A stretch of 63,956 nt of DNA, filler included, from Conidiobolus incongruus B7586 (GCA_000697335.1; 15 parts of 15 records of this genome joined end to end with filler, not necessarily neighbours in it); one strand, 5' to 3'; positions 25,026 to 39,518 are shown, numbered from the whole stretch's first letter. Made by a program: numbers and translations. Notes: generated by a model not told the origin, from the sequence alone.

Positions 25026-27080
25026 TAAATTTAATAAAAAGGTTAAATATTTTAAAGAAGATAAAAAATTACTTTATAATTATTCTGTTATTATAACATA
25101 AAAATATAATAATAAATTAATTATAGTATTAGGATATATATTAGCTCTAAGTATAAAATATTTTTATAAGGTTAATAATAGAATTAATATTAAAGATATT
25201 CAGATATTTTAAATAATATTACCTTGCATTTGAAATAATGGGAAATTTTTTAATTTCTGATTTTTCAAACATATTATTAGTTTGAAATAAATAAATATAT
25301 ACAAAGTTAATAGGAAAATATATATATTAGTTTTTGTCATTAAAAAATTAACTTTTTAAAATTGGTTGTTTAATTTAATTATGCTTAAACCAAATAATGA
25401 TCATCAAAAGTCTTTTATTTTGGTATTAATAAAACTTAACCATAAACCCTCTAAAATTATTCAAAATTTACAAGCAGCTTTTGGTAATGAAGCATTATCT
25501 AAATCAACAATTTATTGCTAGGTAAATTACTTTAAGGCTAAGAGAGAAACTATTCAAAACCTGTTAAAATCTAGAAAACCAACTTCAATTGTTACTCTTT
25601 CAATTGTAAATAGAGTGAAAAAATATATTGAAAACCACCTTTTTATTTCAGCTAAAGAATTATCTAAGTACTTTAATATTAGTTTTATAAGTATTTTATA
25701 TATTTTAAAGTTTAAACTAAAATTAATAAATAAAAATATAAAATGGGTACCTTATAATTTAACTAAAGCTTAAAAAAAGCTAGAGTAGCTATTGCTAAAC
25801 AAAACCTATTAAAATATTACTAGAAGCTTAGATTTTACAGCAAATAATTGTAATTAATGAATCTTAGATCCCTATGTATAATCCTTTACCAAACCACAAA
25901 TCAAAATGCTAGATTAAGCTAAATCAACCCCCTCTACAAATCCCTTTAAATAAACATTTTGTTAATAAACAAATGTTAATTATTAAAATAAATTATAATA
26001 GTATATGCTATTTTTATTTAGTTTATAAAGGAAAATCAATTAATAGTAAACTATATATTGTTTTTTTAAATAAAAGTATTTCTAATTGGTGTTCTCAATA
26101 TAATTTGAGAAAGCCTATTATTTTACATAATAATTGTAAAATACATAAATCTAAAGCTGTAAAAAACTTTCTAATTAAAAATAACTGGAAAAAACTACCA
26201 CATCTAGTATATTCCCTTGATTATAACCTATGTGATTATAATTGCTTTAGGCAATTAAAAAACCAGCTTGCAGGAAAGAAAATTTCTGCAAGAAAATTTA
26301 ATTGGTTTGTGAAATATCAAATTTCAGTCTTTAATTAAAAAAACTGATTTTTAGGTGTTACAAGTTTGCTAAAAGTATAGCAAAAAGTTATTAATAATAA
26401 AAGAAACTATTAAATTTATATTATATATTTATTTTTATATATCATATATTCAAATGTTTATTTATTTTTAATTGCAAAAAATTCCCATTATTAAAAATAC
26501 AGAGTAATAAATTAAAAAAATATTAAACAACATAAGTTAAATAAATCAAATATTATTTTTTAATAAGATAATATCTTTTTTATATTATAAATTTTATTAT
26601 TAAATGTTTTGAAAATAACAAAATAATTATTATAAAATAACCTCCTTAATTTTTTAATTTTAATCTAATTAAATACCTTTAAGATTAACTAAAAAGAATT
26701 AATTAAAATTTTCCCCCTTATAAAATATTTGAATTAAAAGTATATTTAAAAAGCTTAGAATAATATTAATCTTGTTTAATATAAGAAGCTAATTGACTTT
26801 ATACCCTATAAACTTAAAAAGGTTAAAAAAACAAAAGGTAGATATATTAGATATAAATTTTTCTATTAAAATTAAAACCTATAAATATATGACTTAAATA
26901 TACTATTAGTTTTAATATATTAATTAATAATTAATTAAGTTTAACTTTATATATTATATTATAAATAAAAGATATATATTAATACATAGAATAATATAAG
27001 TTTATTTAATTTAAATTAATTATGATATTAATAGAAATATTTATATTTTTAATTTTATGACTTATTCTTGCAAACTAATA
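25026..27080 (+). mobile_element. Tc1-like subfamily B 3' half, interrupted by a mariner
   Basis: 25026-25218 and 26510-27080 join into a Tc1 catalytic region homologous to subfamily A; right TIR remnant ttttatgacttattcttgcaaactaata. Confidence 0.75.
25219..26507 (+). mobile_element. Mariner DD34D element, full length (1289 bp), inactivated
   Basis: Imperfect ~30-bp TIRs (ttaccttgcatttgaaataatgggaaattttt / aaaaattcccattattaaaaatacagagtaa) and TA TSD. ORF remnant 25381-26413 with WVP, H(D)N..H and PH..YS.D.N.CDY; 34 residues separate D2 and D3. Confidence 0.88.
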
Positions 27081-28273
27081 TATTTATAAAAAATATATAT
27101 AATATATTAACAATTTGTTTGATTAATATTAAATAAAAAATTTGAATATTCAAATAATAACATTAAATAATGAAATAATTCAATATATCTCAAATTTAAA
27201 ATATTCTAGATATTTTTATATAAAATATGAACATCAAAATAAATCATTTCTCCATTATTATGAGTTAGGAATATCCTTTAAAAAATTTTATAATTTTTCA
27301 CTAATGTTTCAAAAATTACATAATAAATTATTTGAGAATTTTGGATTTAAATAAAATATTGATGATATTATAATTTCTCTATGGGTATTATGGATGGTGT
27401 AATATAAGGGGCAATTACTATAGTTGTTACATAATAGTAGATAAGTGTTTTTGAGGATTTATTGGCTAAAGTGGTGTTTGAAATAATCCTCGGTTAAGCT
27501 TTGAAAGACATTGGATTTAGTCGCTAAGACTGATCCTTATATAGGTAAGATGTTAAAGATTGAGTATTTCAATATGTAAAGGTTACTTCCAATATTACAA
27601 CTGGTGTCGCAAATCATGGTCAATTAAGGTAAAGCCTCCTTATAAAATAAAAACCCGGGGTTAGAAATGATTTCGAGTGTAGCACTTTGGGATCTCACAA
27701 TATTGATAATCTATTCTAAATCAAATATATATACTTCCAAGATTTAAAATTTCAATGCAATTCAATCAACTTTTTTATTAAATATCAATGAATTAATATT
27801 ATCTTACTATTCAAGTAATATAATTTGTTATTCTTTTTTTCGAAATACAATTAAGGTTTCAGTTTTTGGAAATTATATTGATATTTAATTACCTGTATCA
27901 ATATTTAGTAAATTTATCAATTTATTTATAACAAATAATATCAACTTAAAAATGGTATTAATTACATGAATTAAAATAAATTTCAGCCATCTAAGTTTAA
28001 TTTAATATATTTTAAAATTTAAATGGTATATATTAAATTGCCAAATAATAAATATTAATAAGATTGATTATTGTTTAAATAGATAGAATAAGTATTATAT
28101 CTAAATATTACTTTTAATAGACTGATCATAACTCTGAAATATTATTGGCTAAGTTGATGCATTGAAGATGGGATTAATATAGTTAAATGAGATCAAAAAC
28201 GAAGTTCTTAAGAATAATTTAATTATGTATTCAGTTGAATTCAATTGTGTGGATATAGGGAATACAAGGATAA

Positions 28274-28651
28274 CTAATCCTTTTTCTTGTTTACTTTACG
28301 AATTAATTTGAAAGAGCCAACTTTTTTATCAAGTTCCTTAGGTAAATCTCTAGCTTGGTGAAACCAATTGTCGCTAGCCATCCAGGTCTTCTTATCTTTT
28401 TCACACTTGTCATCCGAAAAAATACCTACATCCATGTCTTTGGTGTCTTCGATATCCCAATGAAGGGATCTGATCTGTCCCTGAGCATCCTGGGGAACCT
28501 TTTTACAATCCTCAGTAATTATTTCACGCCAAACCTTACCCTTATAATGTTGATCATTATAAAATATCATTTCTTCACCTACGGCTCTTCTTTGTAGTGT
28601 TGCTGAGTATCCCGATAATATTAAAATAGAGTGAAGAATATTGATTTTCAT
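28274..28651 (-). CDS. Small secreted protein with a beta/gamma-crystallin-like pattern, 125 aa
   Basis: Signal peptide MKINILHSILILSGYSA, Kex2-like QRR, two Greek-key-like repeats (IFYNDQHYKG...IRSL; IFSDDKCE...VGSFK), 2 Cys; intact and retains CpG. Confidence 0.7.
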   Translation of the reverse strand: MKINILHSILILSGYSATLQRRAVGEEMIFYNDQHYKGKVWREIITEDCKKVPQDAQGQIRSLHWDIEDTKDMDVGIFSDDKCEKDKKTWMASDNWFHQARDLPKELDKKVGSFKLIRKVNKKKD

Positions 28652-29689
28652 TTTTGAGTACTAAATTTGTTTATTATGAATTTTAATTTGATTCAATATC
28701 GTTCAATTGGCTATATTTATATATTTTGTTTCCACACCCAAAATTCACACATAAGATTGTACAATTAATTTAAGTAATATTTTCTATTTTTGGATTATCT
28801 AATTTGGTTAAAGCGTTACCAAAAAATCAATTAGTCCATAATAACAAATATCAAACTTGATGTAGATATTCCATATTTTGAAATAATCGAGAATTAACAT
28901 CATTACATAATTATTTTAACTTTAATTTTTTATTCTAATTAAATATAATATTTACCTATAAATTACTCCCAAATTCTATACTTTAATTTTTAAAAAAAAA
29001 TATAAATCTATATATTAATTATAAGACTCTTTTTTATATATGCAATAAGTTTTACAATCAAATACATACTTTGGCAATAAAAACAACAAGAATTATGGTC
29101 ATTAAATATCTGCTTATTGGAAATTTAATATTTTTTCTATATTAATCAATAAAATTAAATTATCATAGTTATTAACAATATATTATTTTTGCAAATATAT
29201 ATTATTAAATTTTCTTTTATATTCCATTTTGTATTAAAACATACTAAATCTATAAAATATTTAAGATATCAAATTCGTATTTTTTACTTTAAAATCATTG
29301 ATATTTTATATCAATTATATAAGAATTTAATTATATTTTTTATCATTTAATATAAAAGTTTGAAATATAATATAATTACTTTAAATCTTTTAATGCCTTT
29401 TTTGATATTAAATTATATTATATTAGATTTTGAATTTTTAAAATATTTAATTCAAATATTAATAATTTATTTATTATAACAAAATCGAATTAAAATAATT
29501 AATAATTATTATAATATTTTATAAAATTAATATTATTAATATTATGTTAAATATTATTTTTTTTAATATCTAATATTTAAACAATATATNNNNNNNNNNN
29601 NNNNNNNNNNNNNNNNNNNNNNNNNNNNNNNNNTTAATTAATTAANNNNNNNNNNNNNNNNNNNNNNNNNNNNNNNNNNNNNNNNNNNN

Positions 29690-31058
29690 ATTTACAGGTT
29701 TTTGAGATAAGGGGATATATTTAATAATATATAACCATATCTTTTTTCTCTCTTTGTTATTATTTTATATTATATTTTATAGATATACTAAATTTTTTTT
29801 ATTAGTATTATTATACTTAAATCCCTCTTTAAAAAAATCTACTTGTGTATTAATTAACTTTATAAAAAAGGTAAATTAACTTATAATATTGTTAAAATTA
29901 CTAGTGTTAGTTAATTTACTATAGTTAAAATTATTAAGAATAACAATAAAGAAACATTTAAACTTAAACTTAAGTATATTAAAATTATAGATAAATAAGA
30001 TAAGAAATATATTTGTAAGTTAGTTAATATAGGTAAATATTGTATTACTGTAAAAATACAGCAGGAATTATAAAACTATATAGGAATATTAGTTAACATT
30101 AATATTATTATATGTGTTTTATATTAGCATAAATACCACTTATACTTTAAGAAAAAAAACCCTTAACTAAAAAAATCTTATTATAAAGTTAAGTAAAAAT
30201 TTAAATATTACTACTAATATTAAACTAAAACTAATTAGAGTAAGGTTATTTAATTTAATGAAACAAAAATATATTTTAGTGGATTTAATAAAAAAGTTAG
30301 ATACTTTAGAAAAGATACAAAATTACTTTATAACTATTATGTTAATTTTACCTAAAAGTATAATAGTAGGTTAATTATTGTTTAGAGATATATGTTGTTT
30401 TTAAATGTAAAGTATTTTTATAAAGTTAATAAAGGAATTAATATTAAAATATACTAAAGTATTTTAAATAATAAATTAAAAAAAATCATTGAATAATATA
30501 AGTTAAATAAATTTGATATTATTTTCTAGTAAGAAAATACCTTTTATTATACTATAGCTTTTACTACCAAATAACTTAAAAATAACAAGATAATAATTAT
30601 AAAGTAGCTTTTTTAATCTCTTAACTTTAATTTAATTAAACACCTTTAGGATTAATTAAAAAAAGTTATTAAAGTTTTCCCCCTAGTTAAAAATTTAAAT
30701 CAATTTTAAAAATATGTTTAAGAAGAATAAAACAAAATTAACCTTTTTTAGTGTAAGAAGTTAATTGATTCTATACCCTACAAACTTAAAGAAATTAGAA
30801 AAGTTAAAGATAGATACATTAAATTTTAATTTTTTTTATCACCAAAAACCTATAAATTTATAACTCACCCTAGGTAAAATTTTAAGGTTTATATTTTAGT
30901 TAATTAATAGCTAAATATCATCATTTAATGATATATATAATTAATAAATATAATAGATTTTAATTATTTAATTTAGATTTATTTTATTAAATATTAATTA
31001 AGTTATTAGTAAAAATATAAGTGTTTTTGATTTTATGACTTACTTTTGTAGGTTAGTG
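29690..31058 (+). mobile_element. Tc1-like subfamily A copy (5' end in gap)
   Basis: Collinear with 23430-24795; right TIR ends ggttagtg-TA. Confidence 0.9.
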
Positions 31059-32029
31059 TATANNNNNNNNNNNNNNNNNNNNNNNNNNNNNNNNNNNNNN
31101 NNNNNNTTAATTAATTAANNNNNNNNNNNNNNNNNNNNNNNNNNNNNNNNNNNNNNNNNNNNAGATTAAATCTATAATAAATTAATTATCAAATGTCAAT
31201 ATATAGTTTCAAAAAAAATTAGTTAATTTTAAAGTATTATCTAATTTTTTATTAAAAAATAAATTAAAATAATTCTTTATATTTTTAATATAATTTTCAA
31301 TCATATTAAGATTTTTGAAATTATTATAAATAATTAATTAACCTTAGAAGATATTAAAAAAATAATACAATATATAAACTATAATAAAGCTATTAATTTT
31401 TAGAATATAAACTTTTTGAGTTAGATTTTTCATAATTAAAATTATATAATATAGGTTTTTTAAAAAAACAATATATATTTTAAAATTAAAGATTTGGGTT
31501 GGTATAATTATTAAATTATTATATCAAAATAATATAAAAATATTTTTTGAAAATAAAATAATATATAATATTGAATGAAAATAAAATAAAATATTTGTAG
31601 GATTTCAAATAATAATAAATAGAATTTATATTATTAATTATTAGTTTTCAAATTAATTTCTATTTATTCTATAATTATAATATTATATAGATATAGTAAT
31701 AATTTACCTAATAAAATATAAAGAAAAACTTAATATAAAATAATCAATAGAATATGAAATTATAATATAAAAATATAAATAAATTTTAATTAAACTTTAT
31801 ATAAAAATTATTATTAATATATTATAATATATATCAGATAATATTAATATATTATAATATTTATAGAATATAATTTTTACTCAAGTTATATTAGAAAGAA
31901 TATAAGTAATATAAATCAAATATTAAAAGAAAAATCTAGTATATTAAATAATATAGAAATATTTATATATTTAATATAATTATTTAAATATTAATTAATA
32001 AAATAAATAAGAAAATTAATATATATATA

Positions 32030-33602
32030 TATTGACTTGCAAAAGTGAGTTATAAAATCAAAAACAACTATATTTTTACTAATAACTTGATTAATATTTA
32101 ATGAAATAAACCTAAATTAAATAATTAAAATCTATTATATTTATTAGTTATATATATCATTAAATGATGATATTTAGCTATTAATTGGTTAAAATATAAA
32201 CCTTTAAATTTTACCTAAGGTGAGTCATAAATTTGCAGGTTTTTGGTGATAAAAAAAAATTAAAACCTAGTGTATCTACCTTTAGCTTTTCTAACTTCTT
32301 TAAGTCTGTGGGGTATAGAATCAACTAACTTCTTATACTAAGAAGGGTTAATCTTGTTCTATGCTTCTTGAACATATTCTTAAAGTTGATCTAAATTCTT
32401 TACTAGGGGGAAAGCTTTAATAGCTTTTTTTAACTGATCCTAAAGGTATTCAATTAGATTAAAGTTAGGAGATTAAGGAGGCTACTTCATAACTATTATC
32501 TTGTTATTTTTAAGCTATTTGGTAGTAAAAGCTGTAATATAGCAAGAGGCATTATCTTGCTAGAAAATAACATCAGATTTGTTTAACCCATATTATTCAA
32601 TGGTTTTTTTCAATTCATTGTTCAGAATACTTTAGTATATCTCAGCATTAATTCCCCTATTAACTTTATAAAGATACCTTACACCTAAAGACAATATACA
32701 TCCCTAAACAATAATTGACCCACCACTATACTTTTGGGTAAAATTAACATGATGGTCACAAAGTAATTCTGTATCTTTTCTGAAGTATCTAGCTTTTTTA
32801 TCAGATCTACTAAGGTATATTTTTGTTTCATTAGACTAAATAACCTTACTCTAATTAGTTTTAGTTCAACATTAGTGGCAACATTCAAACTCTTGCCTAG
32901 CTTTGTGGTGGGATTTTTTTAGTTGGGGGTGTTTTTTCTTGAGGTGTGAGTAGTATCTATGCTAATATAAAACATATATAATAGTATCAGTGCTAACTAA
33001 TATTCCTATATAGTTTTATAGTTCCTGCTATATTTCTACAGCAATACCATACTTGCCTATACTAACCAACCTACAGATATACTTCTCATCATGTTTATTT
33101 ATAATCTTAGCATGTTTAAGTTTAGGTTTAAATATTTCTTTATTGCTATTCTTAACAGCTTTAGCTACAGTAAACTAGTTAACACTAGTAATTCTAGCAA
33201 TATCATGAGTTAATTTACCTTCTTTATAAAGTTGATTAATGTGCAAGTGGATTTTTTTAGAGAGGGATTTAAGCATAATGATACTAATAAAAAGAATTTA
33301 GTATATCTGTAAAATATTATATAAAATAATAACAAAGAGAGAAAAAAGATATGGTTATATATTGTTAAATATATCCCCTTATCTCAAAAACCCACAAATT
33401 TATAACTCACCTTGGTTAAATATTAAGGGTTAATATTTTTGCTAATAGTTTACTAAATATATCTAAATATATTTATTTATTATTAAATAATATACTTCAA
33501 TTATATATTATAATTTCAAGTAATCTAATATATACAATTGTTTTAGTTATTAATTAAAATATATATATTTTTGATTTTATGACTCATTTTTGCAGGTTAG
33601 TG
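32030..33602 (-). mobile_element. Tc1-like subfamily A, full length (1573 bp)
   Basis: Both TIRs present in a TA-repeat context; retains the ATG (rc of cat at ~33273) and the catalytic E codon, but has many TAA/TAG stops. Confidence 0.92.
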
Positions 33603-33703
33603 TATATATATATATATATAACTAGTATTTTAATAATACTATTATTTTAATATAAAAAAATATAAATAATTAATAGAAAGTAAATAATTTTGAAATATAT
33701 ATA

Positions 33704-36426
33704 TATTAGCTTGCAAAAGTAAGTCATAAAATTAAAATTAGTTATATTGACCTATGTTTTAAACAATTAATAATTAAATAAATTTAAATAAAAATATAAA
33801 ATTTACCTATATTAGTTGATTATAACTAACTATATATGACTATATTTCATTAACTATTGGTTAATATATTAAATCCTAAAATTTAACCAAAGTGAGTTAT
33901 AAATTTATAAATATATATATTAATGGGATATAAATAATAAAACCTATATATATTATTTTATTTTTTTTTAAATTATATATATTATAAACTATTAAGCTAA
34001 TATTTTAAAATTAATATTATAATCCTTAAATTTTCCTCAAAAATTTTTTATTTATATATTAATTAACTTCAAAATAAAAATAAATTAACTTATAAGATTT
34101 TTAGAATTACTAATATTAATTAATTTATTATAATTAGGATTATTAAGAATAATATTAAAAAACACCTAAATTAAAACCTTAATATATTAAAATTATAAAT
34201 AAATTTAATCAAAAGTATATTTATATAATAGTTAGTATACACTGACCTGCAAAAGTGAGTCATAAAATCAAAAACACCTATATTTTTACTAATAACTTGA
34301 TTAATATTTAATAAAATAAACCAAAATTAAATAATTAAAATCTATTATATTTATTAGTTGTATATATCATTAAATGAGGATATTTAGCTATTAATTGGCT
34401 AAAATATAAACCCTTAAATTTTACCTAAGGTGAGTCATAAATTTGCGGGTTTTTGGTGATAAAAAAAAATTAAAACCTAGTGTATCCACCTTTAGCTTTT
34501 CTAACTTCTTTAAGTCTGTGGGGTATAGAATCAACTAACTTCTTACACTGGGAAGGGTTAATCTTGTTCCATGCTTCTTGAACATATTCCCAAAGTTGAT
34601 CTAAATTTTTTGCTGGGGGGAAAGCTTTAATAGCTTTTTTTAACTGATCCCAAAGGTGTTTAATTGGATTAAGGTTAGGAGATTGAAGAGGCCACTTCAT
34701 AACAGTTATCTTGTTATTTTTAAGCCATTTGGTAGTAGAAGCTGCAGTATGGCAAGAGGCATTATCTTGCTGGAAAATAACATCAGATTTGTTTAACCCA
34801 TACCATTCAATGGTTTTTTTCAATTCATTGTTCAGAATACTTTGGTACATCTCAGCATTAATTCCCCCATTAACTTTACAAAGATACCTTACACCTGAAG
34901 ACAACATACATCCCCAAACAATAATTGACCCACCACTATACTTTTGGGTAGAATNNNNNNNNNNNNNNNNNNNNNNNNNNNNNNNNNNNNNNNNNNNNTT
35001 AATTAATTAANNNNNNNNNNNNNNNNNNNNNNNNNNNNNNNNNNNNNNNNNNNNTTTTAGAGAGGGATTTAAGCATAATGATACTAATAAAAAGAATTTA
35101 GTATATCTGTAAAATATTATATAAAATAATAGCAAAGAGAGAAAAAAGATATGGTTATATATTGTTAAATATATCCCCTTATCTCAAAAACCCACAAATT
35201 TATAACTCACCTTGGTTAAATATTAAGGGTTAATATTTTTGCTAATAGTTTACTAAATATATCTAAATATATTTATTTATTATTAAATAATATACCTTAA
35301 TTATATATTATAGTTTCAAGTAATCTAATATATACAATTGTTTTAGTTATTAATTAAAATATATATATTTTTGATTTTATGACTCACTTTTGTGGGTCAG
35401 TGTAGGTAAATATAAAATTATTATAAAAGTATAATAAGAATTATAAGATTATATAAGGATATTAGTCAATACTAATATTATTATATATATTTTATATTAG
35501 AATAAATATCATTTATATCTTAAAAAAAATTTTTAATTAAATAAGTCTTATTATAAAGTTAAATATGAGTTTAAATATTAATATTAAAGTTAAATTAAAA
35601 TTATCTAAATTAAAGTTATTGAATCTAATAAAAAAAGATTTGTTTTAATAAATTTAATTAAAAAACCAAATATTTGAAAAAAGATAAAAAACTATTTCAT
35701 AATCATTATATTATTTTAATTTAAAAATAAAATGATATATTAGTTATAATTTAAGGATATATGTTAACTTTAAATATATGCTATTTTTATAAAGTTAATA
35801 ATGGAATTAATATTGAAATGTATTAAAATACTTTAAATAAAAAATAAAAAAACTATTTAGTAATATAAGTTAAATAAATCAAATATTATTTTTTAATAAG
35901 ATAATACCACTTGTTATATCATAAATTCTATTACTAAATGGCTTAAAATTAATAAAATAACTATTATAAAATACCCTCCTGAATTTTTTAATTTTAAATT
36001 AATTAAATATCTTTGGAATAAAAGAAAAAATCAATTAAAACTTTCCCTTTAATAGAAGATTTAGATTAACTTTAGAAGAATATCTAAAAAGCTTAAAGTA
36101 ATATTAGTCTTGCTTAATATAAAGAGCTAGTTAATTTTATACCCCATAAACTTAAAATGGTTAGAAAAACAAAAAAAATAGATATTTTAGATATTAATCT
36201 TTCTATCAATATCAAAACCTATAAATCTATAACTTATTTTTAATAAATTTTAATTTTAATATATAAATTATTAAATAATTAAATATAATATTAGATATTA
36301 TACTATATATAAAAAATATTTTTTAATTACATAACTTAATATAAATTAATTTATTTAGAATTGATTAAATTATTAATGTTAATATTTATAATTTTATTTT
36401 TTTTAACTTATTATTCTTAGTTAGTA
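33704..36426 (+). mobile_element. Tc1-like subfamily B, interrupted by a subfamily A copy
   Basis: Left TIR tattagcttgcaaaagtaagtcataaaatt; homology continues across 34239/35405; degraded right TIR at ~36400-36426. Confidence 0.75.
34240..35402 (-). mobile_element. Tc1-like subfamily A, least-mutated copy (middle in gap), nested in subfamily B
   Basis: TA-flanked TIRs cactgacctgcaaaagtgagtcataaaatc / gactcacttttgtgggtcagtg. ORF 34470-34907 reads FQQDNASCH..WP.QSPNLNPIKHLW (DD34E spacing, E->K). Confidence 0.92.
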
Positions 36427-36554
36427 TATATAAAAATATTTTAATTAAAATTTANNNNNNNNNNNNNNNNNNNNNNNNNNNNNNNNNNNNNNNNNNNNTT
36501 AATTAATTAANNNNNNNNNNNNNNNNNNNNNNNNNNNNNNNNNNNNNNNNNNNN

Positions 36555-36731
36555 CAACCAATTTTAAAAAGTTAATTTTTTAATCAAAAAAACTAATATA
36601 TATATATATATATATATATTAAAAATATATAATTTCCTATTAACTTTGTATATATTTATTCATTTCAAACTAATAATATGTTTGAAAAATCGGAAATTAA
36701 AAAATTTCCCATTATTTCAAATTCAAGGTAA
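36555..36731 (-). mobile_element. Mariner left end
   Basis: Reverse complement of 25219-25370, ending aaatttcccattatttcaaattcaaggtaa-TA. Confidence 0.8.
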
Positions 36732-36810
36732 TAAAATTAAAATATTAGTTAAAAAAAATCATATAATTTTAATTAAAAGATTATTATAGTTATTTAACAT
36801 TAGCTATATA

Positions 36811-37942
36811 CATTAGCCTATAAATTAAATCATAAAATTAAAATTATTTATATATTTATTTATAGCTTAAATAATTTTTAAATGGGTTTAAATTAAAATA
36901 TAAAATTTACCTATATTAGTTGATAATATCTAAATATATATAATTATATTTCATTTATTATTAGTTAATAAATTAAATCCTAAAATTTAACCAAAATGAG
37001 TTATAAATTTATAGGTTTATAAGTTAAAGGGATATAAATAACAAATCCTATATATATCATTTTTTTATAATATATATATTATAAAACCATTTAGATATTA
37101 TTTTAAAATTAATATTATAATATTTAAATCTATCTTTAACAAAATTTATTTATATATAAATTAACTTTATAATGAAGATAAATAACTTATAAGATTATTA
37201 AATTATAAATATTAATTAATCTACTATAATTATGATTATTTAAAATAATATTAAAAAACCATCTAAATTATAACTTAAATATATTAAGATTATAGATAAG
37301 CATAATAAAAATATATTTGTAGATTAATAAGTATAAGTAAATATAATATTATTATAGAAGTATTATAAGAATTATAAGATTATATAAGAATATTAATTAG
37401 TTTTAATACTATTATATATATTATATTAGAATAAATACTACTTATATTCAAAAAAACATCATTAATTAAAGTAATTATATTATAAGGTTAAATATAAGTT
37501 TAAATATCGATATTAAAATTGAACTTAAAATAATTAAAATAAGGTTGTTTAATTAAATAAAATAAATATATATTTTAATAAATTTAATAAAAAAAACTAG
37601 ATATTTCAAAAAAGAAAAAAATTACTTTATTACTATTATATTAATATAACCCAAAAATAAAATTATAGGTTAATTATTTTTTAAGGATATATATTATCTT
37701 TTGATATAAGGTATTTTTATAAAATTAATAAGAGAATTAATATTGAGATATATTAAAATACTTTAAACAATAAATTGAAAAAACTATTAAATAAATTAAG
37801 TTAGATAAATGAAATATTATTTTTTAATAAGATAATAACTTTTATCATATTATTAATATTATTATTAAATGGTTTAAATATAATAAATTAACTATTATGA
37901 AATAACCTCTTTAATCTCTTAATTTTAACCTAATTTAATATC
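36811..37942 (+). mobile_element. Tc1-like subfamily B copy (3' end in gap)
   Basis: TA + cattagcc TIR remnant; collinear with 33704-36000. Confidence 0.75.
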
Positions 37943-38042
37943 NNNNNNNNNNNNNNNNNNNNNNNNNNNNNNNNNNNNNNNNNNNNTTAATTAATTAANN
38001 NNNNNNNNNNNNNNNNNNNNNNNNNNNNNNNNNNNNNNNNNN

Positions 38043-39418
38043 TAATAATAAATTAATAAATTTAGATATATTTAGTAAACTATTAGAAAAATTATTAACT
38101 ATTAATATTTAATAAAGGTAAGCTATAAATCTATAGGTTTTTGAGATAAAAGGATATATTTAATAATATATAACTATATCTTTTTTCTCTCTTTATTATT
38201 ATTTTATATAGTATTTTACAAATATATTAAATTTTTTTATTAATATCATTATACCTAAATCCCTCTTTAAAAAAATCTATTTATATATTAATTAACTTTA
38301 TAAAAAAGATAAATCAACTTATAATATTATTAGAATTACTGTTGTTAATTAGTTTACTATAGTTAAAGTTATTAAGAATAATAATAAAAAAACATTTAAA
38401 CTTAAACTTAAATGTATTAAAATTATAAATAAATATGATAAAAAGTATATTTATAAGTTAGTTAATATAAGTAAGTATAGTATTATTATAAAAATATAAC
38501 AGGAACTATAAAACTATACAAGAATATTAGTTAACATTAATACTATTATATGTGTTTTATATCAACATAGATACCACTTATATCTTAAGAAAAAACACCC
38601 CCAACTAAAGAAATCCTATTATACAACTAGGTAGGAGTTTAAATATTATTATTTATATTAAACTAAAACTAATTAAAATAAGGTTATTTAGTTTAATAAA
38701 ACAAAAATATATTTTAGTAAATTTGATAGAAAATTTAAATACTTTAAAAAAGATATAGAACTACTTTGTAACTATTATGTTAATTTTACCTAAAAGTATA
38801 ATAATAGGTTAATTATTATTTAGGGATATATATTATCTTTAAATGTAAGGTATCTTTATATAATTAATAAGGGAATTAATACTAATATATATTAAAGTAT
38901 TCTAAACAATAAATTGAAAAAAACCATTAAATAATATAAGTTAAACTAATTTAATATTATTTTCTAATAAGATAATACCTTTTGCTATACTATAGCTTTT
39001 ATTACCAAATAGCTTAAAAATAACAAAATATTAGTTATAAAATAGCTTCTTCAATCTATTAAGTTTAATTTAATAGAATATCTTTAAAATTAGTTAAAAT
39101 AAGCTATTAAAGCTTTCCCCCTAGTAAAAGATTTAGATCAACTTCAAAAATATATTTAAGAAGCATAAAACAAGATTAATCTTTTTTAATATAAGAAGTT
39201 AATTGATTCTATACCCTATAAACTTAAAAAAGTTAGAAAAGTTAAAGGTAGATAAACTAAATTTTAATTTTTTTTATCATCAGAAACCTATAAATTTATA
39301 ACTCACCTTAGGTAAAATTTAAAAGTTTATATTTTAACTAATTAATAGCTAAATATTATTATTTAATGATAAATATAATTAATAAATATAATAGATTTTA
39401 ATAATTTAATTTAAGCTT
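38043..39418 (+). mobile_element. Tc1-like subfamily A copy (both ends in gaps)
   Basis: Collinear with 23340-24715. Confidence 0.9.
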
Positions 39419-39518
39419 NNNNNNNNNNNNNNNNNNNNNNNNNNNNNNNNNNNNNNNNNNNNTTAATTAATTAANNNNNNNNNNNNNNNNNNNNNNNNNN
39501 NNNNNNNNNNNNNNNNNN

